Assembly (NCBI GenBank): GCA_963778655.1 | Contig: CAVZVA010000010.1 | Location: forward strand, 1,576,924-1,640,923 | Direction: 5' to 3' | Source: an uncultured delta proteobacterium | Lineage (GTDB): Bacteria > Myxococcota_A > Polyangia > Polyangiales > JAFGIB01 | DNA: 64,000 nucleotides | Shown here: positions 28,457 to 36,940 of the stretch, piece by piece | Numbering within the stretch: the first letter of the stretch is position 1 | Layout of the letters: every line of letters begins with the position of its first letter | Position numbers and translations under genes: made by a program | The notes under the pieces: model-generated | Databases searched by the model: none | Told to the model about the DNA's origin: nothing | The model's input: only the letters and a program-made list of their open reading frames with translations

Positions 28457-30006
28457 GCGTGGCGATCAAGCTCAGGCGTCGTACGATCTTGAAGGGCCTG
28501 GGCGGGGCGGCGGTGGGCTTGCCGCTGCTCGAGTGCATGTTGAACGAGCACGGCACGGCCCTGGCGCAGAGCGCGCAGCCGCTGCCCCGGCGCTACGCGA
28601 TCGTGTTCGCGGGCCAGGCGCTCGGCGGCGACGACTACGAGAAGAACGAGTCGCTGGTGAACGGCCAGCGCATCACCGAGGACGGCCACCACATCGTGCC
28701 GCCGCAGTCGGGCGCGGGCTACGCGATCACCACGCCGCTGCGGCCGCTGCGCGACCTGCAGGGCGACTTCAACCTGGTCTCGGGCATGCGCATTCCCTAC
28801 AACGTCGACTCCGCCGACGCCGCGGACGTGCCGGCCGGCGGCGCGTTTCGCGATTTTCACGGCGGCGGCTGCTGCCCGCTGTTGTGCGGCACGCGCTCGC
28901 TCTCCCCGGAGTTCACTGCGCGCAGCATCACCTCCGACCAGCTGATCGCGCAGCTCAATCAGGGCAAGACGCCGCTGCCCTCGCTGGTGCTGCGCGCGCA
29001 GCCCTCGTTCTACCTTAGCGGCTACAGCTTCGCGGGGCGCCACCGCATCTCTTATCGGGGCGACGGCGATCCGATCGAGGCGCAAGACAGCCCGCAGACC
29101 GCCTATCAGTCGATCTTCGGCAACTTCATGCCCAGCGGCGCGGCCGACCAGGCCAAGCACGACTTCGAGCAGCGCTCGCGCAGGAGCGTGCTCGACCTCA
29201 TCACCCAGAAACGGGCGCGCGTGCTCGGCATGGTCGGGGCGGCCGATCACGCGCGCCTGCAGCGACACTTCGACGAGATCCGCGACCTCGAGCAGCGCAT
29301 CGCTGAGCTCTCCCCGACGGCCGCAGGCCAGTGCCAGCGCCCCGCGGACCCGGGCGTGGACCCCGGCATCGGCGGCGACAACGCAGGCGCCGGCTCGGAT
29401 GCGATCGCGACCAATACCGGCTACAGCGACGAGGACGCGCGCACGCGGGTGATGCTCGATCTGATCCACATGGCCTTCGTGTGCGACCTGACGCGCGCAG
29501 CCACGCTCCAGATCACCGCGTTCCAGTCGCACATGAACGTGTACCCGATCTCGGGCAACCTCGATTCGCCGATCGCGCTCAGCCGCCCCATCCGCGCCGA
29601 TCTGCACGAGGTCGGGCACAACGGCGACACCGAGTTCCGCGGCCAGCTCCCGGTCAGCCTGCTGCTGCAGTGGCACCTCGGCCACTACGGCTACCTGCTG
29701 GACAAGCTCAAGGCCACGCCGGAAGGCGCGGGCTCGGTGCTCGACAACGCCGTGGTGGTGTTCATGCCCGAGGCCGGACACGGCCGCCACCTCAACAGCC
29801 CCAGCGACACCAGTCCCAAGACCCACTCGGTCGAGGAGATGGTGCTGCTGGTCGGCGGTCGGTCCGGCGGTCTGGTGCCGGGCCGCCACATTCCCACCAG
29901 CGGCGCGCACCCGGCGCAGTGTCTGCTGAGCTGCATGCAGGCCGCGGGCTACAGCGGCGACAGCTTCGGCGAGGTCCAGGGTAACCTGCCCGAGCTGTTC
30001 AGCTGA
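28453..30006 (+). CDS. DUF1552 family protein with twin-arginine signal
   Basis: GTG 28453 overlaps the upstream stop (GTGA). Tat-type N-terminus 'KLRRRTILKGLGGAAVGLPLLE'. 'DLTRAATLQITAFQSHMN...LHEVGHNGD' resembles the DUF1552 core. Confidence 0.7.
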   Translation: MSVAIKLRRRTILKGLGGAAVGLPLLECMLNEHGTALAQSAQPLPRRYAIVFAGQALGGDDYEKNESLVNGQRITEDGHHIVPPQSGAGYAITTPLRPLRDLQGDFNLVSGMRIPYNVDSADAADVPAGGAFRDFHGGGCCPLLCGTRSLSPEFTARSITSDQLIAQLNQGKTPLPSLVLRAQPSFYLSGYSFAGRHRISYRGDGDPIEAQDSPQTAYQSIFGNFMPSGAADQAKHDFEQRSRRSVLDLITQKRARVLGMVGAADHARLQRHFDEIRDLEQRIAELSPTAAGQCQRPADPGVDPGIGGDNAGAGSDAIATNTGYSDEDARTRVMLDLIHMAFVCDLTRAATLQITAFQSHMNVYPISGNLDSPIALSRPIRADLHEVGHNGDTEFRGQLPVSLLLQWHLGHYGYLLDKLKATPEGAGSVLDNAVVVFMPEAGHGRHLNSPSDTSPKTHSVEEMVLLVGGRSGGLVPGRHIPTSGAHPAQCLLSCMQAAGYSGDSFGEVQGNLPELFS

Positions 30007-30186
30007 GGAGGCAGATCGCCGGGAACCGCGATCCGGCCGGCCCAGGGCTCATGACGCGCCCGCGTTGTGGTTGCTTCGCCGGCGATGCGGTGGACATAGC
30101 GATCGGCGTGTCGGGCGCCACGCGACCCGTGGGGCACGCCTGCGCGGTGGCGCGCCGGTTGCCCGCGCTTACGATCCGGCTACCCG

Positions 30187-30203
30187 ATACCCCCAGGGGG
30201 CAT
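30187..30203. promoter_or_regulatory. putative CsoR operator (GC-tract pseudo-palindrome ATACCCCC-A-GGGGGCAT)
   Basis: The inverted repeat has one mismatch and extends imperfectly to 30183..30207. It ends 14 nt upstream of the csoR ATG. It resembles published CsoR operators of the TACCC..N..GGGTA type. Confidence 0.45.
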
Positions 30204-30216
30204 AGGGCCGAATGTC

Positions 30217-30507
30217 ATGATGAACGACGTCACCAAGAAGAAGGTGCTCACGCGGTTGCGCAAGATCGCCGGGCAGGTGGAGGGCCTGGCGCGGATGGTC
30301 GACCAGGACCGGTACTGCGTGGACGTGCTGCTGCAAGTTGCGTCCGCGCAAGGCGCGCTCGGCGAGGCCGGAAAGCTCGTGCTGCGCTCCCACGTCGAGA
30401 CCTGTGTCAGCGAGGCCATGAGCAGCGGCAAACCCGCCGCGCGCAAGCAGAAGGTCGATGAGCTGATGCAGGTCTTCTCCCGCTACGGCTGCATGGGCGG
30501 AAGGTGA
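30217..30507 (+). CDS. csoR: CsoR/RcnR family metal-sensing transcriptional repressor
   Basis: 96 aa. 'VLTRLRKIAGQVEGLARMVDQDRYCVDVLLQVASAQGALGEAGKLVLRSHVETC' has the family Cys...His...Cys ligand positions. It sits directly upstream of copA. Confidence 0.85.
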   Translation: MMNDVTKKKVLTRLRKIAGQVEGLARMVDQDRYCVDVLLQVASAQGALGEAGKLVLRSHVETCVSEAMSSGKPAARKQKVDELMQVFSRYGCMGGR

Positions 30508-30510
30508 GCC

Positions 30511-32985
30511 ATGGAGCGCGTGCACGAGCGTTGGCACCCCAAGCACGACTCGCCCGCCTTGCACACGGCCGAGCTCCCGGACCCGGTGTGCGGCATGCAG
30601 GTCCCCGCCGACTCGCCGCACCGTCTCGCGCACTCCGGCCTCGAGTATCGCTTCTGCAGCGCGGGCTGCTTGGGGAAGTTTCGCCGGGAGCCGTCGCGCT
30701 ATGTAGCAAGTGGAAAGGGCGGCCACGGCCCGAGCGCCGCCGGCGAGGCGGCTCCATACACCTGTCCCATGCATCCCGAGGTCCGGCAGCCGGGCCCCGG
30801 CAGCTGTCCCAAGTGCGGCATGGCGCTCGAGCCGGTCCAGGCCCCCGCGCCCGTCACGCGCGTCGAGTACACGTGTCCGATGCATCCAGCGATCGTCCGG
30901 GATGCGCCCGGGAGCTGCCCGATCTGCGGCATGGCGCTGGAGCCACGCAATGTCACCTCCGAGGCTCCCGCGGACAATTCCGAGCTGCGCGACATGACCC
31001 GTCGCTTCTGGCTCGCGGTCTCGTTCACGGTTCCGCTGTTGGTGATCGCGATGGGCATGTACGTGCCCGCTTTCGAGCGGCTGCTTGCGGCGGCGATGTC
31101 GATGCGCACGCGCGTCTGGTTGGAGCTCGCGCTCTCGACGCCGGTGTGCCTCTGGGCGGCCTGGCCCTTCTTCGTGCGCGCCGTGCAATCGGCGAAGCAC
31201 CGCAGCTTGAACATGTTCACCTTGATCGGGCTGGGCGTGAGCGTCTCCTACGGCTACAGCCTGGTCGCGGCCCTGTTGCCCGGGATCTTCCCCCCCTCGT
31301 TCCACGCTGCTTCCGGTGAGGTGGCAGTCTACTTCGAAGCCGCCGCAATGATCACGACGTTGATCCTGCTCGGCCAGGTGCTCGAGCTGCGCGCGCGCAG
31401 CCAGACTGGCGCTGCGATCAAGAAGCTGCTGGGGATGGCGGCCAAGTCGGCGCGACGCCTGCGCGAGGATGGCAGCGAAGAGGACGTGCCGCTCGAGGCC
31501 GTGCACACCGGCGATCGGCTGCGGGTTCGGCCCGGCGAGAAGGTTCCGGTGGACGGGGTGGTGCTCGAGGGGGCGAGCCATCTCGACGAGTCGATGGTCA
31601 CCGGCGAGCCCATCCCCGTGCACAAACAGGCCGGCGACACGGTGATCGGCGCGACCATCAACGGCACCGGCAGTCTGGTCATGCGGGCCGAGAAGGTCGG
31701 CGCCGAGACGTTGCTCTCGCGCATCGTCGCCATGGTCGCCGAGGCGCAGCGCAGCCGCGCGCCGATCCAGAAGCTGGCGGACATGGTGGCCGGGTACTTC
31801 GTGCCGGCGGTGCTGCTCGTGGCCGTTGTCACCTTCGTGATCTGGGCGGCGGTCGGTCCCCAGCCGCGCATGGCGCACGCCCTCGTCAATGCGGTGGCGG
31901 TGCTGATCATCGCCTGCCCGTGCGCGCTCGGCCTGGCGACCCCGATGTCGATCATGGTCGCTACGGGCAAAGGCGCCACGATCGGCGTGCTGTTCAAGAA
32001 CGCCGAGGCGATCGAGGTGCTGCGCAAGGTCGACACGCTCGTGGTCGACAAGACGGGCACGCTCACCGAAGGCAAACCCAAGCTGGTGAGCGTGGTGGCC
32101 GAAGGCGGCATCGAGGAAGCGACGTTGCTGCGCCTTGCGGCGACGCTTGAGCGCGGCAGCGAGCACCCGCTCGCGGCGGCCATCGTGAAGGGGGCCGAGG
32201 AGCGCGGGATCGAGCTGGCGAACGCGGAGGTGTTCGAGTCGGTGACCGGCAAGGGCGTCAAGGGCCGGGTCGACGGGCGTGAGGTCGCGCTCGGCAACCG
32301 TGCGCTGATGCAGAGTCTGGGCATCGACCCGGAGGCGTCGGTTGCGCGTGCCGACGGGCTGCGCGCCGACGGCCAAACGGTGATGTTCGTGGCGGTCGAC
32401 GGTCAGCCGGCCGGTTTGTTGGGCGTCGCCGACCCGATCAAGCAGAGCACCGCCGAGGCGATTGCAGCCCTTCACCAGGAGGGCGTCCGGATCGTGATGC
32501 TGACCGGAGACAGCAAGACCACGGCCCAGGCGGTCGCCGGGAAACTGAGCATCGATGAGGTGATCGCGGAGGTGCTGCCCGACCAGAAGGCGGACAAGGT
32601 CAAGCAGCTCCAGGCCGAGGGGCACATCGTCGCGATGGCTGGCGACGGCATCAACGACGCTCCGGCGCTCGCGCAGGCCCAGGTCGGCATCGCCATGGGC
32701 ACGGGCACCGACGTCGCGATGGAAAGCGCCGGTGTCACCCTGGTCAAAGGCGATCTTCGCGGGATTGCCCGCGCTCGGCGCCTGTCACGCATGACGATGG
32801 CCAACATCAAGCAGAATCTGTTCTTCGCGTTCATCTACAACAGCGCAGGCGTTCCGCTTGCGGCGGGAGCGCTGTACCCCGTGTTCGGCCTGCTGCTGAG
32901 CCCGGTCATCGCGGCCGCGGCGATGAGCGCGAGCTCCGTATCGGTGGTGAGCAACGCGCTGCGCCTGCGGGGAGCGGATCTGTGA
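30511..32985 (+). CDS. copA: copper-translocating P1B-type ATPase with YHS/TRASH plus two CPMHP...CPxCGM N-terminal metal-binding modules
   Basis: 824 aa. 'TGEPIPV', '[13 protein letters not shown]' (CPC), 'VDKTGTLT', 'MLTGD', '[11 protein letters not shown]'. The N-terminus has 'DPVCGMQV...[12 protein letters not shown]', '[26 protein letters not shown]' and '[26 protein letters not shown]'. Confidence 0.9.
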   Translation: MERVHERWHPKHDSPALHTAELPDPVCGMQVPADSPHRLAHSGLEYRFCSAGCLGKFRREPSRYVASGKGGHGPSAAGEAAPYTCPMHPEVRQPGPGSCPKCGMALEPVQAPAPVTRVEYTCPMHPAIVRDAPGSCPICGMALEPRNVTSEAPADNSELRDMTRRFWLAVSFTVPLLVIAMGMYVPAFERLLAAAMSMRTRVWLELALSTPVCLWAAWPFFVRAVQSAKHRSLNMFTLIGLGVSVSYGYSLVAALLPGIFPPSFHAASGEVAVYFEAAAMITTLILLGQVLELRARSQTGAAIKKLLGMAAKSARRLREDGSEEDVPLEAVHTGDRLRVRPGEKVPVDGVVLEGASHLDESMVTGEPIPVHKQAGDTVIGATINGTGSLVMRAEKVGAETLLSRIVAMVAEAQRSRAPIQKLADMVAGYFVPAVLLVAVVTFVIWAAVGPQPRMAHALVNAVAVLIIACPCALGLATPMSIMVATGKGATIGVLFKNAEAIEVLRKVDTLVVDKTGTLTEGKPKLVSVVAEGGIEEATLLRLAATLERGSEHPLAAAIVKGAEERGIELANAEVFESVTGKGVKGRVDGREVALGNRALMQSLGIDPEASVARADGLRADGQTVMFVAVDGQPAGLLGVADPIKQSTAEAIAALHQEGVRIVMLTGDSKTTAQAVAGKLSIDEVIAEVLPDQKADKVKQLQAEGHIVAMAGDGINDAPALAQAQVGIAMGTGTDVAMESAGVTLVKGDLRGIARARRLSRMTMANIKQNLFFAFIYNSAGVPLAAGALYPVFGLLLSPVIAAAAMSASSVSVVSNALRLRGADL

Positions 32986-33065
32986 AGCTGCGAACCGCGG
33001 CCGTTGCGACCGCCGACGAGATCGGCGGCAGGCAGACTGCAGCACCCGACAAGGCAAGGTGAGGA

Positions 33066-33278
33066 ATGCACTACGGGTACGGCGGCGCCCAAATGGGTTG
33101 GATCTGGTGGCTTTTCTGCACGGCGGCCATCGTCGTCATCGTCTGGGCCGTGGCCAGGGTTGCGCTGGGGCCTCGCGGCAGCGGGGACTCCCCGGAGATC
33201 GTGCTCAAGCGCCGTTATGCCAAGGGCGAGATCGATCGAGAGACCTACGAGCGCATGCTTGCCGAGCTACGCAAGTAG
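33066..33278 (+). CDS. SHOCT-domain small membrane protein
   Basis: 70 aa. One TM ('WIWWLFCTAAIVVIVWAVA'), then 'EIVLKRRYAKGEIDRETYERMLAELRK', the SHOCT motif. Confidence 0.65.
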   Translation: MHYGYGGAQMGWIWWLFCTAAIVVIVWAVARVALGPRGSGDSPEIVLKRRYAKGEIDRETYERMLAELRK

Positions 33279-33567
33279 CGATCCCCGGATGCGTCGCTGA
33301 GCCATGCACCACCGTTGCGAACCCTCATGAGACTTGGGCACGACACGCAGCGGATCACGACTCGAATCGGGGCTGGGGGCCCGCTTCGGGCAGCAAAGCC
33401 GTGACCGCCATCGACCCTGTTTGCGGTATGCCGGTCGATGAGCTCGCGGAGAAACATCGCGCCGCAGCCCAGACCGCGGTCAGCAAGGTCGAGCAGCCGG
33501 TCAAGCGGAACACTCCCCGCGCGGGGCAGCTCGAAGCAGGCCGTGCGGTCTTTCACGCGGTACCGGG

Positions 33568-33793
33568 ATGACACAGCAGTGGCTCCAGCGCCTCGTCGAC
33601 TGCCACATCGCGGGTGCGGCTTCCGTGGGCAACAACATGCTGGAGATGGCATACTGCACCGCGCGTGCTCAAGGGCGTGAAGGCGATGGTGTCGTCGACA
33701 GGCAACGGCTTTGTGATCGACGTGACCTCCGATGATCCCGCGACTGCATCCGAGATCTGGAAACGCATGCAAGCGCTTGCCCCGCAGGGCTGA
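33568..33793 (+). pseudogene. possible small periplasmic metal-related ORF, apparently frameshifted (very tentative)
   Basis: One frame reads 'MTQQWLQRLVDCHIAGAASVGNNMLEMAYC' (ATG 33568). The next frame continues from about 33657 as 'PRVLKGVKAMVSSTGNGFVIDVTSDDPATASEIWKRMQALAPQG*' (stop 33791-33793). Neither piece reaches the 60-aa track threshold on its own. Confidence 0.25.
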
Positions 33794-33899
33794 CCGGAAC
33801 GAATCCAGGCGAGCGCGGTGGCCGACCGATGTTCGACTGTTTGATGTGCGCATGAGGAAAGACGAGGCGGGTTGCCCCAGGTGCACGGAGCGAAGGCGG

Positions 33900-35348
33900 A
33901 TGAAGCGAGCGCAATCTCTTGCCACAAACGTGCGACTCGGGCTGTTTCGCCTGGGCAAGGGCAACGGCCGCCTTACGACCGTGTGGCTTTGGGCCTGTCT
34001 GCTTGCCGCCGCGGCGCAGGCTCAGCAGGTGCCCGCAACCGCTGGCGCTCCGCGCGCGACGGAGCCGGCTGCTGGTGGTGGCGTTGCGCAGAGCGCGCCG
34101 CGGCCGGTCCAGTTGAGGCCGCTCGAGCCGGGCGCGCCGACCGCCCTCGCACCGCTGATCGCGCAGGCGCTGCAGAGACACCCGGCGTTGACCTCCGCAC
34201 GCAAGAGCGTGTCGGCGGCGCACGAGGCCCCTTCACGCGTCGCCGCGCTGCCCGATCCGGTGCTGGGTGTGGCGCTTCAGAACATCCGGTTTGATCAGCC
34301 GGGCCTCGACACCAGTCCGATGAGCGCGCTGCAGATCGGGCTGACGCAGGCCTTTCCCTTTCCCGGCAAGCTGAGTCGCAGGCGAGCGCTTGCGGAAGCC
34401 CAGGTGTCCACGGCCGAGCAGAAGCTGGCGCTCGCCCAGGCGCTGGTGAGCATCAACGTACAGCGCGCCTACTGGCGCCTGCGCTTCGCCGAGACCGCCG
34501 AGCGCGTCACGGCTCAGAGCGAGCAGCTGTTGGACAGCCTGACCAATGCGGTGCACATCCGCTTCGGCCTGGGGCAAGGCGCACAACAAGATGCGCTGCA
34601 GGCCGAGGTCGCCCACAGTCGCCTGCGGGCCATGCTCCAGGAGCGCCGCCAGGAGGTGCGCTCGGCGCGGCGCGGGCTCAGCGGCGCGGTGGGCCTTGCC
34701 GCGAGCACGCAGCTCTCCGCGAGCGACCCGGCTCCGACCCAACCTGCACGTCTCGACCGAGCTGCGCTGCTCGGCAGAGCGCGCCAGCAAAACCCCGCGA
34801 TCGCCCTGGCCCGTGCCCAGGCGCTCAGCGCGCGGCGAGGGGTGAGGGAGGCGGAGATGGACCGCTGGCCCGATTTTCAGATCGGCGTCGCGTATCGGAT
34901 CCGCCAGGCTTCGCCGGGCGACATGAGCCAGGGCGCGGACATGTTCGGGGTGACCTTTGCCACGTCGCTGCCGGTGTGGACCGCGAGCAAGCAAAGCGCC
35001 CGCGTGCGCCAGTCCTACGACGAGCTCGGCGCCGCGGACGCATCCCTGAACGATACGACCCTGGACGTGACCACACGGCTTTCCCAGTTGATCGATGTCG
35101 TGGATCGGCTCGACGAGCAGATCGCGCTCTACGACAGGGAGCTGGCGCCGGAGGCCAATCAGGCCCTGGACGCGAGCATCGAGGACTATCAGTTCGGGCG
35201 GGTCGAGTTCGTGTCGGTGCTCAAGAACTGGGAAGTCGACCTCGAAACCGGGCTGGCCCGCGTGCGCCTGCTGACCGACCGCGCCGAGCGCGTGGCCGAA
35301 GTCTACGCGCTGGTCGACGGCGCGTCCGCGAAGGGGGCCGCACCATGA
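33900..35348 (+). CDS. cusC: outer-membrane efflux protein (TolC/CusC family)
   Basis: Start at ATG 33900 after GGAGCGAAGGCGG. Signal 'TTVWLWACLLAAAAQAQQ'. Two OEP-type repeats ('LIAQALQRHPALTSARKSVSAA', 'LLGRARQQNPAIALARAQALSARRGVREAE'). The stop overlaps the cusB ATG (ATGA). Confidence 0.8.
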   Translation: MKRAQSLATNVRLGLFRLGKGNGRLTTVWLWACLLAAAAQAQQVPATAGAPRATEPAAGGGVAQSAPRPVQLRPLEPGAPTALAPLIAQALQRHPALTSARKSVSAAHEAPSRVAALPDPVLGVALQNIRFDQPGLDTSPMSALQIGLTQAFPFPGKLSRRRALAEAQVSTAEQKLALAQALVSINVQRAYWRLRFAETAERVTAQSEQLLDSLTNAVHIRFGLGQGAQQDALQAEVAHSRLRAMLQERRQEVRSARRGLSGAVGLAASTQLSASDPAPTQPARLDRAALLGRARQQNPAIALARAQALSARRGVREAEMDRWPDFQIGVAYRIRQASPGDMSQGADMFGVTFATSLPVWTASKQSARVRQSYDELGAADASLNDTTLDVTTRLSQLIDVVDRLDEQIALYDRELAPEANQALDASIEDYQFGRVEFVSVLKNWEVDLETGLARVRLLTDRAERVAEVYALVDGASAKGAAP

Positions 35349-36940
35349 AGTCGCGCGCACTCGGCCTTTGCCTCGTGCTCGCAGCGCTGGCCGGCAGCTG
35401 CAACCAGGCGCCGGGAGCTGCGCCGACCGAGCAGGCCAAGCCCGGGGCCAAGGTGCTCTACTACCGCTCGCCCATGGACCCGTCGTTCATCTCCAAGAAT
35501 CCGGGCAAGGACGCGATGGGCATGAAGCTCGTGCCTGTGCACGAGGGCGATCCGGGGGCGAACCTCGACCTGATCTCGCTCAACGGCGCGGTCATCCAGC
35601 GCATGGGCGTGCGCGTGGCGGAGGTGAAGCAGGTGGCGCTCACGCGCGTGGTGCGCGCGCTGGGGCGCGTCGAATTCGACGAGTCTCGCGTGACCACCGT
35701 CAACATGAAATTCGACGGCTGGATCGAGAAGCTCTGGGTCGACGAGACCGGCCAATTTGTCCGCAAGGGCGCGCCGCTGTTCGCGATCTATAGCCCCGAG
35801 CTGCTCGCGAGCGAGGAAGAGTACCTGCAGATCCTGCAGGCGACGGCCGCAGGTCCCCATTCGGAGCACTTGCTGCGCGCCGCGCGCCAGCGTCTGCTGC
35901 AGTTCGACGTACCGGCCTCGTTGGTCGAGCGCATCACGCGCACGCGCAAGGCCGAACGCCGCGTGGTGGTGACCTCGCCCGCGCGCGGCTACGTGATCCA
36001 CAAGACCGCGTTCGAGGGCACGTTCGTCAAGAAGGGCGCCAACCTGTTCACGCTCGGCGACCTCGGCGCGCTGTGGGTCGTCGCGGACGTGTTCGAGCTC
36101 GATGCGCCGTGGGTCATGGCAGGGCAGCGCGCGACGGTGGAGCTCGAGTACCTCCCCGGGCAGCCCCAGGAAGCGACCGTCGACTACGTGTACCCGACGC
36201 TCGATCAAAAGACGCGCGCGCTGCAGGTGCGGCTGGTCTTGCCCAACCCCGACGTGGCGCTCAAGCCGGGCATGTTCGCGACCGTCCGGATTCACACCCA
36301 GCCGGTCGGGGTCACGCTGGCGGTGCCCAGCGAGGCGGTGATCCACAGCGGAGAGCGCAGCATCGTGTTCGTCTCCAAGGGGGAGGGTCGATTCGAGCCG
36401 CGCGAGCTCGAGCTCGGGGTGCTCGGCGACGACATGTACCAGGTGCGCAGCGGGCTGCAGGAGGGCGAGCAGGTGGTCGTCAGCGGCGAATTCCTGCTCG
36501 ACAGCGAGAGCCGGCTCAAGGAAGCCGTGAAGAAGATGCTCGGGGGCAATCTCGCGACCGGCGCGGCCATGCCCGCCGCTGCGCAGGGGAAGGGCGACGC
36601 CGGCGTGCAGATGCCGTCGATGCCGGGCATGGCCATGCCGCCCTCGAAGCCGCCTCCGGCAACGAAACCGGCGCCCGAACGGAAGGTGCGGCAGATGCCG
36701 TCGATGCCGGGCATGCAGATGCCGCCGGCGCAGCCAGTCAAGCGCCCGAAACCCGCGGCCTCGGGCGCCCCGCCCGCTCCGAAACCGGTGCCTGAAGAGA
36801 AGGCGCGACCGATGCCGTCGATGCCGGGCATGCAGATGCCACCGGCGCAGCAAGGCAAGAGCCCGAAGCCCGCGGCTTCGGGCGCCACGCCCGCGACCTC
36901 GAAGCACTCGGACGAGGATCATGCTCGGCCGCCTGATTGA
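35345..36940 (+). CDS. cusB: CusB-type periplasmic adaptor (MFP) of a heavy-metal RND pump, with Met/Pro-rich C-terminal repeat tail
   Basis: Lipoprotein-like start 'MKSRALGLCLVLAALAGSC'. The conserved CusB/SilB N-terminal motif 'LYYRSPMDPSFISKNPGKDAMGMKLVPV'. HlyD-type barrel-sandwich region. The tail carries three 'MPSMPGM(A/Q)MPP' units. Confidence 0.85.
   Translation: MKSRALGLCLVLAALAGSCNQAPGAAPTEQAKPGAKVLYYRSPMDPSFISKNPGKDAMGMKLVPVHEGDPGANLDLISLNGAVIQRMGVRVAEVKQVALTRVVRALGRVEFDESRVTTVNMKFDGWIEKLWVDETGQFVRKGAPLFAIYSPELLASEEEYLQILQATAAGPHSEHLLRAARQRLLQFDVPASLVERITRTRKAERRVVVTSPARGYVIHKTAFEGTFVKKGANLFTLGDLGALWVVADVFELDAPWVMAGQRATVELEYLPGQPQEATVDYVYPTLDQKTRALQVRLVLPNPDVALKPGMFATVRIHTQPVGVTLAVPSEAVIHSGERSIVFVSKGEGRFEPRELELGVLGDDMYQVRSGLQEGEQVVVSGEFLLDSESRLKEAVKKMLGGNLATGAAMPAAAQGKGDAGVQMPSMPGMAMPPSKPPPATKPAPERKVRQMPSMPGMQMPPAQPVKRPKPAASGAPPAPKPVPEEKARPMPSMPGMQMPPAQQGKSPKPAASGATPATSKHSDEDHARPPD
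36611..36900 (+). repeat. three tandem imperfect coding repeats (21-nt core atgccgtcgatgccgggcatg) in the cusB 3' end
   Basis: Exact 21-mer at 36611, 36695 and 36812 (spacing 84 and 117 nt). Copies 2 and 3 remain near-identical for about 40 nt and similar beyond that ('...KRPKPAASGAPPAPKP' versus '...KSPKPAASGATPATSK'). Confidence 0.8.

Noticed and set aside
30019-30040. Short direct repeat flanking the copper block: 'cgggaaccgcgatccggccgg' (30019-30040) versus 'cgggaaccgacgatcgagccgg' (40092-40114), suggestive of island att sites.
   Set aside because: Only a 9-nt exact core plus patchy matches, which could arise by chance in GC-rich DNA. No integrase, tRNA or transposase lies nearby, and the coding GC of the block is not visibly different from its surroundings.
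33401-33445. 'IDPVCGMPVDE' as the start of an intact YHS/TRASH-domain gene.
   Set aside because: The downstream sequence in that frame ('LAEKHRAAAQTAVSKVEQ...') lacks the rest of the domain (no second Cys pair). The containing ORF (33059..33571) overlaps the SHOCT gene in another frame. It is kept only as a possible remnant in a finding.
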